Source: an uncultured delta proteobacterium (GTDB lineage: Bacteria > Desulfobacterota > Binatia > UBA9968). Taken from it: a stretch of 64,000 nt of DNA. Made by a program: the position numbers and the translations under genes. The stretch lies in the NCBI GenBank assembly GCA_963816145.1, contig CAWFJP010000013.1:128001-192000 (forward strand), written 5' to 3'. How positions within the stretch are numbered: position 1 is the stretch's first letter; every line of letters begins with the position of its first letter. Of the stretch, positions 39,230 to 50,900 are shown piece by piece. The notes below the pieces were generated by a model, which saw only the letters and a list, made by a program, of their open reading frames with translations, was not told the origin of the DNA and did no database searches.

Positions 39230-40222
39230 TCATCGTTTGTAGAGCCCGTCGATGAAACCGGCGGCGTCGATCTTTTGCACGAAAGAGTTGTCGTAGAAAA
39301 CCTCCGGTTTGGCCTGGACGCCCTTGGGACTTTTGACGACATCGAGGACCGCTTGGACTTCCTGGCGTGTTATCAGCGGCACACGTTGATAAGCGCTGCC
39401 ATAGTCGTCGTAAATACTTTCTAAAGTCTGGCGGTTATCGGTTTTCAAAAATTTGCCTATGGCTTTGTAGGTGGTCTCTTTGTCGCTACGAATGATCGCC
39501 AGCGCTTCGATATAGGCTCTGAGAAAACGGTGAATATGATCGGGCTTCTGTTGAATCATCTTGCGCGTCGTGCAGACGCCGACGAAGACGAAGGGTATAT
39601 TCAACTCGGTGACATTGAGAATCGGCTTCAACCCCAACTCCAGGGCTTGGATAGTCGTCGGTGCCGACATCAGGCCGGCGGCGGCATTGCCGGATTTCAC
39701 CGTGGTGACTAAAGCCGGCATGCTGCCGGTGAAAAGAATTTTTACATCTTTATCCGGGACCAGACCGAAACGGCGCAATACAATGCGTGTCGCATAGTCG
39801 GTGGATGCGGCGGCCTGGGTAGCTGCGACGGTTTTGCCTTTGAGATCTTGCACGGTTTTGATCGCCGGATCGCCGAAGAGTTGGAAGACGAATCGGTTGA
39901 TGTTGCCGGCGACGTAGATGGTATCCGCGCCCTCGAGGGCGACATCGATGCATTGGTTGCCGACCATGCCGATATCCTCGCTGCCGGCGACAATGGCTTG
40001 CACCGAAGTGGTGGCGGCGAGATAGTTCAAATTATGTTGCAAGCCATGCTTGGCGAACAGGCCGAGTTCTTGCCCCAACCATAGCGGCGCCATGGAGCCG
40101 CCGAGGGCGTTGTAGACAATGCGGATGCTTTGAGCGTCAGCCGCAAATGACTTCGACACGAACACTTGACCAGCGAGGAGGGCGACGAACACAACCGAGG
40201 CGAGCTTTGTCGACAATTTCAT
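39230..40222 (-). CDS. ABC transporter substrate-binding protein, NMT1/THI5-like
   Basis: Signal peptide; PLWLGQELGLFAKHGL, DLKGKTVA. Confidence 0.88.
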   Translation of the reverse strand: MKLSTKLASVVFVALLAGQVFVSKSFAADAQSIRIVYNALGGSMAPLWLGQELGLFAKHGLQHNLNYLAATTSVQAIVAGSEDIGMVGNQCIDVALEGADTIYVAGNINRFVFQLFGDPAIKTVQDLKGKTVAATQAAASTDYATRIVLRRFGLVPDKDVKILFTGSMPALVTTVKSGNAAAGLMSAPTTIQALELGLKPILNVTELNIPFVFVGVCTTRKMIQQKPDHIHRFLRAYIEALAIIRSDKETTYKAIGKFLKTDNRQTLESIYDDYGSAYQRVPLITRQEVQAVLDVVKSPKGVQAKPEVFYDNSFVQKIDAAGFIDGLYKR

Positions 40223-40333
40223 AATGCCTCCTCCAGCGAACTATGGATCGGAGAGTAGGAGAGCCGGCCGGCTGGTGTCAAGGGAATTGGCCGCTCGGAA
40301 TCGTTCAAAACCTTTAAATTCGCTCCTGCGCGA

Positions 40334-41794
40334 TCAATTCTCTTTGCGCGTGCCGCGCACGGCGGAGGAAAAGACCGCCAGAACGGTGAAGCAGCTGAGC
40401 GCGAAGATGGTGGTGGAGAAGCCGCGCATGAAAATTTCCGGCGCGGCGCGCCAGCCTTCGGGGGAATTGACCTGACTACTGGTCAAGCCGGCGGCGTTGA
40501 GAAGATAGCCGAAGAGTGTCGCCGATAAGGCCACGCCGATGGCGCCGCCGGTGCGCGCCGTGGTCGCGATCATACCGGCGGCGGCGCCGATTCGCTCTTG
40601 ACTCACGGCGCCGAGGATCGAGCTCTGGTTCGGGGCATTGAAGAGCGCCCAGCCGATCCCCCAAATGACCAGCGGCAACATGATGCGCACCAGCGAGGAA
40701 TGGAGGTCGAGGGTGGCGAGAAAAATTTGCGCCACGGCGATCACGGCAACGCCGATGGTGCACAGCAGCCGCGAGCCCAGGCGATCGGAAAGCGCGCCGG
40801 CGATCGGCGCCATGATCATGATGATCACCGAATCAGCGACGATGATCCAGCCCACTTGCGATGGCGTATACCCTAACAGGTTCTGGAGAAAAAACGGCAG
40901 CAAAAAATTGATCGCCGAGAGCGTGGCGGCGATCAGAAATAGGCTCATGACGCCGGCGCTGAACTGGCGGATGCGGAACATCGACAGCGTCAGGATCGGC
41001 AGTCTTGACTTAGCTTCGACCCGCAGTAGGAAAATCCCTGCGACGATGGCGCAGGCGAAGCTAATAAGAAAGTTCGGATGGCGCCAGCCGCCGCGCGGCA
41101 ATTGGTCGATGGCGTAAATAAATAGTCCGTTGGTTAACAGCAGCAGCAATGCGCCCGGAACGTCGATGGGACTGCTCTTCGCACCCGCCGCTTTGGCCAT
41201 GCGGGTTTCGGGCACGACTTTCCAAGCGAGAAAAGCTCCGGCGAGGCTGAACGGCAAATTGATATAGAAGATCCAACGCCAGCCGATGCTGTCGATCAGA
41301 AAGCCGCCGAGCGAAGGGCCGGTGAGAAAGCCGACATGAAACGCGGTCGATGTGAGCCCGAGGGCCCGGCCCCGGTCTTCCACCGGCAAGTTGACCGACA
41401 CGATGGCGCGGCCGTTGGCCGCGATCATCGAACCGCCGATCGCCTGCACGGCGCGGAAAAAAATCAACTGTCCGGTGGTTTGAGTGAGGCCGCAGATCGC
41501 CGAAGCGGTGACGAAAATTACAAAACCGAGTGTGTAAAAACGGCGCCGGCCGAACAGATCGCCAAGCCGGCCCATGGTGATGATCAGACCGATTAAAACC
41601 AGATCGTAAACCAGGATAGTCCATTGGATGGTTGTGAATGGGGTGGCAAAAATTTTTGCCAAGGTCGGCAGGGCGACGGTGATAGCGCGCTGATCGAGGC
41701 CGACCAGGGCCTGGCCGAGACAGACGCTCAGCAAGATCAAATTCGCGGCGCGCTTGGAGTGGGTTACTTGACTGGATTCGGTTGGCGGATTCAT
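40334..41794 (-). CDS. MFS transporter, DHA2 (EmrB/QacA-like)
   Basis: GRLGDLFGRRR, GPSLGG, WRWIFYINLP; start at MNPPTES. Confidence 0.92.
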   Translation of the reverse strand: MNPPTESSQVTHSKRAANLILLSVCLGQALVGLDQRAITVALPTLAKIFATPFTTIQWTILVYDLVLIGLIITMGRLGDLFGRRRFYTLGFVIFVTASAICGLTQTTGQLIFFRAVQAIGGSMIAANGRAIVSVNLPVEDRGRALGLTSTAFHVGFLTGPSLGGFLIDSIGWRWIFYINLPFSLAGAFLAWKVVPETRMAKAAGAKSSPIDVPGALLLLLTNGLFIYAIDQLPRGGWRHPNFLISFACAIVAGIFLLRVEAKSRLPILTLSMFRIRQFSAGVMSLFLIAATLSAINFLLPFFLQNLLGYTPSQVGWIIVADSVIIMIMAPIAGALSDRLGSRLLCTIGVAVIAVAQIFLATLDLHSSLVRIMLPLVIWGIGWALFNAPNQSSILGAVSQERIGAAAGMIATTARTGGAIGVALSATLFGYLLNAAGLTSSQVNSPEGWRAAPEIFMRGFSTTIFALSCFTVLAVFSSAVRGTRKEN

Positions 41795-41805
41795 CGCGTG
41801 GTTGG

Positions 41806-43242
41806 CTAATCTTTGCGCGCGCCGCGCATGGCGGCGAATACGACCGACAGGATGCCGATGGCCGTGATCAAATGGGTCGTGTACCTGAAGGATTGCAAAA
41901 ATACTTCCGGCGCTGCCGCCCAACTGGCTGGCGACTCGATCTGCTCAGGGGTGAGACCGTTGGCACCCAATGCGAAGGTCATCACCGCGCCGGAGATAGC
42001 GATGCCCATCGCGCCGCCGATTCTGCCGGTGGTCAGCGTCATGCCAGAGGCGGCGCCGACCTTGTCGCGCGGCACCGTGCTCATGATTGCGCTCTGATTG
42101 GGTGAGTTGAATAGCCCCCAGCCCACGCCGATCAAGATTTGCGGCATGATCATTTGGAAGATCGTGGAGTGCAAAGTCAGCGAGCCGATCAAGTATTGTC
42201 CGACGATCATGATCGCGGCGCCGACCGTGCAGAGAATTCGCGAGCCGAAACGGTCCGACAAGCGGCCGGCAACCGGGGCTAACACGATGATCACGACTGA
42301 ACCGCCGATCAAGATCCAGCCCATTTGCGTCGGCGTGAAGCCCATGAGGTTTTGCAAATAGAAAGGAATCAACACGCTGACTGCGGATTGTGAGGACGTG
42401 AGAAAGAACAGACTGAGATTGGCCGCGGTGAACAACCGGTTGCGAAACAGCGACAGGCTCAGGATCGGCGTCGGCGCTTTTTGCTCGGCGCGAATGAAGA
42501 GATAGAGCGTCACTGCGGCGACGACGAAGAAGATGATGACGAGGCTGTCTTGGGCGCCGCGGTGGGGCAACCGATTAAGCGCGTAGAGGAAACAGATATT
42601 GGTCAGCAGCAGATAGGCGGCGCCGGCGAAGTCTACTTGGACATGAGTTTCGCTGGCGGGCCGTTCTTTGAGAATTTTCCAGCCGAAATAGGCGCAGGCC
42701 AAGCCCAGCGGAATGGTCAAAAAAAACACCCAGCGCCAGCCCGCGGCATCGATGATGAAACCGCCCAGCGTCGGCCCGGTGATGTAGCCGACGTGAAAAG
42801 CCATTGAAGTTATCCCCAACGCTTTGCCGCGCTCGGACACCGGCGAATTGACCGTGACCAGGGCGCGGCCGTTGGCCATGATCATGGCGCCGCCGATGCC
42901 TTGGAGGACGCGGAACAAAATCAATTGAGTTGACGATTGTGCCGCGCCGCACAGCGCCGAGCCGGCGACAAAGGTCAGAAAGCCAAAAATATAGATCCAT
43001 TTACGGCCGAACAGATCGCCTAGCCGTCCCAGTGTCAGTACCAGACCGATGACGCAGAGGTCGTAGACCAGGAGTACCCACTGAATAAATGACAGGTCGG
43101 TGCGAAAAACATGGGTCAGGGTGGGCAAAGCAATCTGAATCGCGCGATGGTTGATCGCGACCAAGGCCAGCCCTAGTGAAACTTGATAAAGCACCAACCG
43201 GGAGTGGCGCTTCTGATCGTCGCTAACGCTTGAGTCGGCCAT
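41806..43242 (-). CDS. MFS transporter, DHA2 (paralog of the adjacent gene)
   Basis: GRLGDLFGRK, GPTLGG, WRWVFF. Confidence 0.92.
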   Translation of the reverse strand: MADSSVSDDQKRHSRLVLYQVSLGLALVAINHRAIQIALPTLTHVFRTDLSFIQWVLLVYDLCVIGLVLTLGRLGDLFGRKWIYIFGFLTFVAGSALCGAAQSSTQLILFRVLQGIGGAMIMANGRALVTVNSPVSERGKALGITSMAFHVGYITGPTLGGFIIDAAGWRWVFFLTIPLGLACAYFGWKILKERPASETHVQVDFAGAAYLLLTNICFLYALNRLPHRGAQDSLVIIFFVVAAVTLYLFIRAEQKAPTPILSLSLFRNRLFTAANLSLFFLTSSQSAVSVLIPFYLQNLMGFTPTQMGWILIGGSVVIIVLAPVAGRLSDRFGSRILCTVGAAIMIVGQYLIGSLTLHSTIFQMIMPQILIGVGWGLFNSPNQSAIMSTVPRDKVGAASGMTLTTGRIGGAMGIAISGAVMTFALGANGLTPEQIESPASWAAAPEVFLQSFRYTTHLITAIGILSVVFAAMRGARKD

Positions 43243-43248
43243 GAATCT

Positions 43249-43292
43249 AAAAAAATGAAGAGGGGGCAGTCGATATCGGCTGCCCCCTCTTC
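43249..43292 (-). terminator. Rho-independent terminator after clpB and the small ORF
   Basis: Near-perfect stem GAAGAGGGGGCAGTCGA / TCGGCTGCCCCCTCTTC followed on the minus strand by ATTTTTTT. Confidence 0.85.
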
Positions 43293-43319
43293 TGATGGTC
43301 AGTTTTCAGAAGAAATTTG

Positions 43320-43481
43320 TCAGTCGCCGTCGCTCAGTTGCTCTTTGAGCTCGCGGCGCAACCCAGCTTTGGCGCGCTTACGCAAAACGTCTTTCTTGTT
43401 CTGCAAGATTTTCCCCGGCGGCGGCAGGTCTTTGCGGACTTTCGCTAGGCCGATGGGGATCTTTTTCGCCGCTGGACTCAA
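43320..43481 (-). CDS. Small basic protein (53 aa), not in the ORF track
   Basis: TTG overlaps the clpB stop (TTGA); [53 protein letters not shown]; ends just before the terminator. Confidence 0.65.
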   Translation of the reverse strand: MSPAAKKIPIGLAKVRKDLPPPGKILQNKKDVLRKRAKAGLRRELKEQLSDGD

Positions 43482-46108
43482 TGCAGGGTCCTCTGCTCCA
43501 ACGTCTCGGTGCTTGCCGCCGGCTGACCGTGGGTGAACGCTAGCTCGTCGTCTTCGACCTCCACTTTCACGGTGTCGCCTTCCTTGAACTCCCCGGCAAG
43601 GATCTTAACCGCCAGCGGGTCCTGAATCAATCGCTGAATCGTGCGTTTGAGCGGGCGCGCGCCGTACACCGGATCGTAACCCTTTTCGGCGAGCAAGGCT
43701 TTGGCCGGCTCGGCGATCTCCAAGGCCATCTTGCGGTTTGCCAAGTTCTGGCGCAACCGCTTGAGCTGAATGTCGACGATCGACTTGATCTCGTCGCGGC
43801 CGAGGCTGCTAAAAATGATCGTCTCGTCGACCCGGTTCAAAAATTCCGGCTTGAAGGCTTCGCGCAGGGCGTTGCCGACGAGCTGTTCCATCTGCTTGCG
43901 ATCTTTTTTGCCGCCCAGTTCTTGTATGAACTGGCTGCCGAGATTCGAAGTCATGATGATGACGGTATTCTTGAAATCGACGGTGCGTCCCTGGCCGTCG
44001 GTCATGCGGCCGTCTTCGAGCACCTGCAAGAGCGCATTGAACACGTCGGGGTGGGCCTTCTCGATTTCATCGAAGAGCACCACGGAGTAAGGCCGGCGGC
44101 GCACCGCTTCGGTCAGTTGTCCGCCCTCATCATAGCCGACGTAGCCTGGAGGGGCGCCGATCAGCCGCGATACGGAGTGTTTTTCCATATACTCCGACAT
44201 ATCGAGGCGGACCATCGCCTGTTCGTCGTCGAAGAGAAACTCGGCCAATGCCCGGCAAAGTTCGGTTTTACCGACCCCGGTAGGTCCGAGAAAGATAAAC
44301 GAGCCGATCGGCCGATTCTGATCCTGCAGGCCGGCGCGGGCTCGGCGCACAGCATTGGACACGGCGATGATCGCATTTTCCTGGCCGACCACGCGGAGCT
44401 TCAACCGGTCTTCCATCTTGAGCAGCTTCTGCACCTCGCCTTCGAGCATCTTCGAAACTGGAATGCCGGTCCATTTGGCGACCACTTCGGCGATGTCCTC
44501 GGCGTCGACTTCTTCCTTGAGCATCTTTTGATGGGTTTGCAATTCGGCGAGTTTCCGATTGACGGCTTCGCTTTCTTTCTGCAGTTGGCTCAAGGTGCCG
44601 TAGCGCAGCTCGGCGGCCTTGTTGAGATCGCCTACCCGTTGAGCTTTTTGTTCTTCGATTTTGGTCGCTTCGATCTTTTCTTTGATCGCGCGCAGCTGTT
44701 GGATCGCCGCTTTTTCATTCTGCCAATGGGCTTTGAGGCCGGTCGAAGTCTCTTTCAAATTGTGAATTTCCTGTTCGAGGTGAGCCAAGCGCTCCTTCGA
44801 GGCTTTGTCCTCTTCACGCTTGAGCGCCTGGCGTTCGATTTCCAGCTGCATGATTTTGCGCTCGACCTCGTCGATCTCGATGGGCATGCTGTCGATTTCA
44901 ATTCTCAATCGCGAGGCTGCTTCATCGATTAAATCGATGGCTTTGTCCGGCAAGAAGCGGTCGCTGATATAGCGGTGCGACAACGTCGCCGCGGCGATGA
45001 TCGCCGGGTCGGTAATGCGCACGCCATGATGGACTTCGTAGCGTTCCTTCAAGCCGCGCAGGATGGCGATGGTGTCTTCAACCGAAGGCTCGCCGACGTA
45101 GACTTGTTGAAAGCGCCGTTCCAGCGCCGGATCCTTTTCCACTCGTTTGCGGTATTCGTCCAGGGTTGTCGCCCCGACGCAGCGCAGCTCGCCGCGCGCC
45201 AACGCCGGCTTTAACATGTTCGACGCGTCCATGGCGCCTTCGGCCGCGCCGGCGCCAACCAGCGTGTGCAGCTCATCGATGAACAACACGATCTGGCCGT
45301 TGGCTTCGGTGACTTCTTTCAATACGGCTTTGAGCCGGTCTTCAAACTCGCCGCGAAATTTTGCCCCGGCGACCAGGGCGCTGAGGTCCAGAGAGATCAG
45401 CTTTTTGTCCTTCAATCCTTCGGGCACATCGCCGTTGACGATGCGCAACGCGAGGCCTTCGACGATGGCGGTTTTGCCGACGCCCGGTTCGCCGATCAGC
45501 ACCGGATTGTTCTTGGTGCGGCGCGACAACACTTGGATGACCCGGCGAATTTCATCGTCACGGCCGATCACCGGATCGAGCTTGCCCTTGCGCGCCAGGT
45601 CGGTGAGGTCGCGGCCGTACTTTTCCAACGCTTGATATTTTTCTTCTGGATTCGGATCGGTGATGCGCTGGGAGCCGCGAATGCTGACCAGGGCGCCGAG
45701 AATTTTATCCCGGGTCGCGCCTAGCTCTTTGAGAACTTTACCGGTTTCACCTGTGTCTTGCACCATGGCGAGGAGCAAATGCTCGGTGGAAACATAATCG
45801 TCTTTTAGTGTTTCCGCTTCGGCTTCGGCGCTTTCGATGATTTTCTTGAGCCGTGGCGTGATATAGCTTTGCCCGCTGGTGCCGGTCACTTGGGGCAGGC
45901 GGTCCAGGGCCTTTTGCAGCCGGTCGGTCAACTGGGTCAGCGGCACGCCGAGTTTTTGCAGCAACGACAAGACCACCCCTTCCTTCTGTCCTAACAGTGA
46001 AAAAAGCAGGTGTTCGGCGTCGAGGGCCTGGTGGTTGCGCTTGTCGGCAAGGGATTGGGCTTCGCGCAATGCTTCTTGGGATTTGGTGGTTAGTTTTTCT
46101 AAACGCAT
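43478..46108 (-). CDS. clpB: Chaperone/disaggregase ClpB
   Basis: Two AAA modules ([16 protein letters not shown]), long M-domain with [16 protein letters not shown]. Confidence 0.97.
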   Translation of the reverse strand: MRLEKLTTKSQEALREAQSLADKRNHQALDAEHLLFSLLGQKEGVVLSLLQKLGVPLTQLTDRLQKALDRLPQVTGTSGQSYITPRLKKIIESAEAEAETLKDDYVSTEHLLLAMVQDTGETGKVLKELGATRDKILGALVSIRGSQRITDPNPEEKYQALEKYGRDLTDLARKGKLDPVIGRDDEIRRVIQVLSRRTKNNPVLIGEPGVGKTAIVEGLALRIVNGDVPEGLKDKKLISLDLSALVAGAKFRGEFEDRLKAVLKEVTEANGQIVLFIDELHTLVGAGAAEGAMDASNMLKPALARGELRCVGATTLDEYRKRVEKDPALERRFQQVYVGEPSVEDTIAILRGLKERYEVHHGVRITDPAIIAAATLSHRYISDRFLPDKAIDLIDEAASRLRIEIDSMPIEIDEVERKIMQLEIERQALKREEDKASKERLAHLEQEIHNLKETSTGLKAHWQNEKAAIQQLRAIKEKIEATKIEEQKAQRVGDLNKAAELRYGTLSQLQKESEAVNRKLAELQTHQKMLKEEVDAEDIAEVVAKWTGIPVSKMLEGEVQKLLKMEDRLKLRVVGQENAIIAVSNAVRRARAGLQDQNRPIGSFIFLGPTGVGKTELCRALAEFLFDDEQAMVRLDMSEYMEKHSVSRLIGAPPGYVGYDEGGQLTEAVRRRPYSVVLFDEIEKAHPDVFNALLQVLEDGRMTDGQGRTVDFKNTVIIMTSNLGSQFIQELGGKKDRKQMEQLVGNALREAFKPEFLNRVDETIIFSSLGRDEIKSIVDIQLKRLRQNLANRKMALEIAEPAKALLAEKGYDPVYGARPLKRTIQRLIQDPLAVKILAGEFKEGDTVKVEVEDDELAFTHGQPAASTETLEQRTLH

Positions 46109-46266
46109 ATATTTCTCCGCTGCTGAGACCTCGTCGCAATGGCGAGAACTCCGCTACCTGCAATCCTGAGTTTAGCAAAGGACTTAGTCTTGTCGCCTAC
46201 TTACGAAATCGGGATTTCTCGGTTTCGTGTCGGCTTGACAGTTACGACAACGTCTCTGTTCGTCGG

Positions 46267-46295
46267 AAGTTAAGCATCGTTGGGCGGAGTGTCAA
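46267..46295 (-). promoter_or_regulatory. sigma70-type promoter for clpB
   Basis: Minus strand TTGACA-N17-TAACTT, about 160 bp upstream of the ATG. Confidence 0.55.
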
Positions 46296-46355
46296 GAAAA
46301 CTATCGGCACTGGGAGTAGCCGCAACCCGGGGGAAATTTAAGCGCTTGCCGGCCG

Positions 46356-47138
46356 CTAGTTTCGCGGCTTGGTTGGATCGAAGTATTCGAACATCGGCGC
46401 CGGTGAACTTGCCGCAGCCGGCGCCGATTCGGGCCGGTCAATGACAATTCCCCGGTCCTGCTGCAGCGTGAACTTATGTTTTACGGGTGTGATGGCGACA
46501 CCGCGCATTTTCTTAACGGTCACGGTGCGCTCATAGCCGGCTGCGCTTTCGGTCATCTTAAAGATTAACACGCCAGCGGCGAGATGCTCTTCGATCCCAA
46601 CAGTGGCACTCTGCGCGCCGTCGGGGCAGCGCTGCGCGGTGAAAAGGTTGGTGACGCCGATTTGAGTTTGCACCAATTGAATCAGCGAGCGCGCTTGGTC
46701 CTGTGGTGGACTGGTCACGTCCGGGGGGAGGATGAACGGTGTTACCGGATCGATAATCAGCAGCGTCGCGCCCAACCGTCTGACATAGTTGCCAAGATCG
46801 GCGACGATTTTTTGTGGATCGATGCCTTTTTCGCCGCCGCCGCGGGCGCCGAAATAAGGCGCGGCGTCGAGGACGATCAATTGTTTGTCTTGGATATAGG
46901 GTTGCAGGTTCCAGCCCAAAGCTGCGGCGGACTCCAAGATCTCCGAAGGCCGCTCATCGACGGTAACGTAGACCGCCTTATCGCCCTCTTTCAGGCGAAT
47001 TGCGACGAACTGCAAACAGGCGATGGTTTTGCCCGTGCCCGCTTCGCCGGCGAACAGATACGTGCGTCCGCGGTTGAACCCACCATTCAGCAATGTATCC
47101 AAGCCGGCGATGCCGGTGGAGATTCGCTCGTTGCTCAT
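46356..47138 (-). CDS. Single-domain KaiC-like (RecA-superfamily) ATPase B
   Basis: ISTGIAGLDTLLNGG, GEAGTGKT, YVTVDE, IIDP, KKMRG; start at MSNERI. Confidence 0.9.
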   Translation of the reverse strand: MSNERISTGIAGLDTLLNGGFNRGRTYLFAGEAGTGKTIACLQFVAIRLKEGDKAVYVTVDERPSEILESAAALGWNLQPYIQDKQLIVLDAAPYFGARGGGEKGIDPQKIVADLGNYVRRLGATLLIIDPVTPFILPPDVTSPPQDQARSLIQLVQTQIGVTNLFTAQRCPDGAQSATVGIEEHLAAGVLIFKMTESAAGYERTVTVKKMRGVAITPVKHKFTLQQDRGIVIDRPESAPAAASSPAPMFEYFDPTKPRN

Positions 47139-47161
47139 AGGGAAAGATGTCCCGCGACCGG

Positions 47162-47890
47162 CTAACGTGTCGGCTGAATCACTAAACCTTCGCCCTTGAC
47201 GATGTCGAACTCCAATTGCGTCGGCTTGACGTTGGTGCAGCGCATTTTTTCGACGATCAGGCTGCGCGCCAGCTGGCCATCGTTGCGCCAAATCATTTCC
47301 AGGACGATGGCCCCCGCGACCATATATTCTTCGACGCCATGCATGCTGCGCTCGCCGGTTCGCGGCACGGCGTAGGAAGTGAGAACGTTGGTGGTGGCCA
47401 TCGAAGAACGCAGCAATTTGATCAGTAAGCGGCTCTGATCCTGGATCCGTGTTGCGACGTCGCGCAATAGGACAAACGGTCCGGCGGGATCGAGGACCAA
47501 ACGCTCGGCACTGACTTGATTGACGAAGGCGGCCAAGTCGCTCACCGCTTTTTGCAGGTCGATCTGGCGTTCGCGGCCGGTACCGGGAAGCGAACTCAAG
47601 TAAGTCCCGGCGTTAAGGATCGCCAACTCTTTGGTCTCGACATAGCGCTCGAAGTCCCAACCGAGGGAAGCCGCCTGTTCGAGGATGTCCAGCGGGCCTT
47701 CGTCGGCGGTAACGAAGACACCTTTCTCACCGCGCGCCAGTCCCTCGGCGAGAAACTGCAGGGCGAAGATGGTCTTGCCGGTTCCCGGCTCGCCGGTCAC
47801 AAGAATCGAACGACCCTTGGGAAAGCCGCCTTCGATCAATGGGTCCAAGCCCTTGATCCCACTGGTTACCCGTTCTGTTTGTATCATCAT
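47162..47890 (-). CDS. Single-domain KaiC-like (RecA-superfamily) ATPase A
   Basis: SGIKGLDPLIEGGFP, GEPGTGKTIFALQF, FVTADE, VLDP, VEKMR. Confidence 0.92.
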   Translation of the reverse strand: MMIQTERVTSGIKGLDPLIEGGFPKGRSILVTGEPGTGKTIFALQFLAEGLARGEKGVFVTADEGPLDILEQAASLGWDFERYVETKELAILNAGTYLSSLPGTGRERQIDLQKAVSDLAAFVNQVSAERLVLDPAGPFVLLRDVATRIQDQSRLLIKLLRSSMATTNVLTSYAVPRTGERSMHGVEEYMVAGAIVLEMIWRNDGQLARSLIVEKMRCTNVKPTQLEFDIVKGEGLVIQPTR

Positions 47891-47965
47891 CGTCCTTCGC
47901 TTTGCTGCTGTTTTTGCGTCACGGTTCGATCGCCTTGCGGTTGCTACGGCATATTCTCGAAGGTG

Positions 47966-50900
47966 CTATGAGCGCCAGCGCCGTTTCCAGCCAAAACCGC
48001 TTTGCCAACGCCGTCCTGACGGCGCTGGATAGCTGGTATCGTCGCCGGAGCGGACCGCTTTGGCCAGGTCATCGAGTTTGCGCAATTGTTCCCGCTGTGC
48101 CTCGGTCAAGTTAGGTTCGCCCATGACAAATGCGCCGTCGACCGGTGCGGCTGGGTGTTCCTTCTCCGCAAGCTGTTGGCGCAAGGATTCGATTTGTTGG
48201 CGATGTTCTTGCTCTATCCCGGCAATGATCGCCTGGCGCTCTTCCAGAGCCCATTCTTTTTGACTGAGTTCGGCTTGCAGCAGGGCCAATTGCGCCTGGT
48301 ATTCCGTACGCATGCGCTCGGCATCGTCGCTGGCACTGCTTTCGGCTTGAATGGCGTTTGTCTGCAGCTGCGTGAAGCGCTCGCTCAAGCTGTCCAGTTC
48401 ACCTTTAACCCGCACCAACTCGTCGTTGCGGTTATGCAGAATTTGATTGCGTTCTTGGGCTTCGCCGATCAGCCGGTCGATCTGGCTACGGAGCGCCTGC
48501 TCGATGTCGGAACTAATGCCGACGCGGTCGTGAAGCTGGGCGGCGTTATCGGCGAGCTCGTGGCTGAGCGCATCGACCCGCGCTTGATATTCTTGGCGCA
48601 GTTGTTCGGTCCGGCTGTTGGCGCTTAGTTCACCCTGCTGCAACGCGGCTTGCAGTTCTTCGACGCGGCCTTGCAATAGGGAGATTTGCGCTTGCGCCTG
48701 GTCGATTTCCCGCCGCCGTTCTTCACTGGACCTTTGAATTTCGCTCAGATTGGCTTCAAGTTGTTCAACCTGGCTGCGATGACGCGCGGCCAGGTCATCG
48801 ATGGCCGATTGTTGTTTCATTGCGGCCGCGGATTTCTGTTGTAGCTCGTCGCGCAGGCTCGCGAGGTCGCTCTCCAGACTAGATTTGGCCTGGCTGATTT
48901 CGCGCGCTTCGCTTTCGGTGCGCGCGGTGAACGATTCCAACTGCATGATGCGATTCTGAACCGCCGTCATTTCCGCGCGGAGGCGGTCGAGTTCATCCTC
49001 ACGGCTTTGCAGCGCCGCCGTGCGCGAGTGCATTTCGTTATTGAGGCGGGTGATCTCGGCGCGCAGGCTTTCCTCGACGTTGGCCCGTACCGCGCCGCTC
49101 TTGGCCAACTCCGCCGACTTGGCGGCCAGCAAGGCGTTGGCGCTGTCCAAACGAACCGCGTATTCCTGGCGAATCTGTTCAACTTGGCTAGCGCCGGCAG
49201 CCTGGGTTTGCCGCAGTTCGGCACGGAGTTCTTCGACCTGCTGCTGCGAGGCGTCAGCTTGACTGAGAGCTTGCTCCAGTTCGCGAGTCTGCCGTTCGGT
49301 GACCGGTTGTGACTCGCTTAGCCGCGCTTCCAATTTTCGGATTTGCTCGCGGTGGACCTGTGCGAGGTTTTCGACACTCGCCTGCTGCTGTGCCAGCGAC
49401 CAGGCTTTTTGCTGCAACTCGCCGCGCAGCTCAGTGAGTTCGGTTTCCAAGGCTTTGCGCACCTCCGCGAGTTCGCTGGCAGCCTCCGCCTTGCTCCTGT
49501 CATGGAGCGTTTCGATCTCTTTGAGAGAACTGCGCAATCGGGCGTGATCGGAATCGATCGCCGCCTTGGCGGCTTCACTGCTTTGCAGAAGCTCTTCAAT
49601 TTCGGCTGTACGGTTTTTCGCTTCTTGGAGTTCGCCACGCAGGCCGGCGTTGGCGCCGCGTGCCTGGTCGAGCTGAACCTCCAACGCGGTCTGGGCGCGG
49701 GAGAGCTCTTCGCGTGCGGCGCTTAACTGAGCGATCTGGTTGTTGTGTTGGGCCTCGGTGTTTTGCCAGAGGCCCAGAGCCTGCGCATAATGGTCGTCTT
49801 TTTCGCTGAGCTGCTCGCTCAGTTGACTGACGGTCGTTCTTAGGTCGCCGATTTCGTTAGCCCGGCTGTCGGCCAACAACTGTTTCTCGGCCAATTGTAG
49901 CTGGAGCTCGTTGACCCGGTTGGACAGTTGTTCGCTCTGACCGGTGGCGCTTGCGCGCAAGCCTTCGATCTCGTTATCCTTTTGTCTGAGCTCGGCTTCG
50001 AGGGCTTCACGGCTCGTGGCGAGCTCGGCATGGGCTTGGCGTACTTCGTCGCCGGCGCTCGCAGCAGAGCTGCGTTCCTGGGCCAGCTGCTGGTGCAGCG
50101 TGGCGATTTCCACGCCCAGGCGCGCTTCGAGGTCAGCGAAAGCGCGTTCACGCTCAGCGACTTGTAACCGCAAGTTTTCAACTTGCTGGGACAGCTGTTC
50201 GGTTTGTTTTGCAGTGTTTGCGCGCAGGCTGTCGATTTCGTTATCTTTGAGTTTGAGCTGAGCGTCGAGTCGTTCGCGGGTTGCATTGAGCTCAGCATGG
50301 GATTGTAGAAGCTCCTTGCTAGCCGTTGTCGCGCTGTTGCGTTCTTGCGCCAGCTGCTGGTGCAGCGTGGCAATTTCCACGCCCAGGCGCGCTTCGAGAT
50401 CGGCGGCGCTCCGTTGACGCTCAGCGAGTTGCAATCGCAAGTCGTCAACCTGCTTGGCCAGCTCTTCGGTTTGGCCTGCGGCGTTTGCGCGCAGGCTGTC
50501 GATTTCGCTGTCTTTGACTTTGAGCTGGACGGCGAGTGCTTCACGGGCTGCCGCGAATTCGGCTTGGCGTTGAACCAGCTCTTCCTGGGCGTGACCGGCG
50601 GCGCTCCGTTCTCGCGCCAATTGCTGGTGTAGCGCCTCAATTTCTGCGCGCAAGCGCGCGTCGAGGTCGGCGACGTGGCGCTCACGCTCGGAAAGTTGTT
50701 GCGCCAACTCGCCAACACGGTGTGACAGCTGCTCGGTTTCCTTGCTGGCGCTTGCGCGCAGATCGTCAATTTCGTTTTCTTTTTGGGCCAGCTGGGCCGC
50801 GAGTTGTTCGCGCGTCGCGGCGAGCGCGGCGTGAGCTTGGCGTACTTCGTCATTGGCGCTTGCAGCAGCGCTGCGTTCTTGCTCCAGCTGCTGTTGCAGG

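Noticed and set aside
43922-44932. 336-aa ORF antisense to clpB, and similar antisense or alternate-frame ORFs (14681-15472, 17793-18845, 32604-33446, 49840-50853)
   Set aside because: Shadow ORFs expected from GC-rich codon bias over well-supported genes; no motifs
46356-47890. Circadian clock (kaiC) or a split CI/CII KaiC
   Set aside because: Both are single-domain genes with separate starts and stops, neither has the CII Ser/Thr phosphosite pair, and no kaiA or kaiB is present
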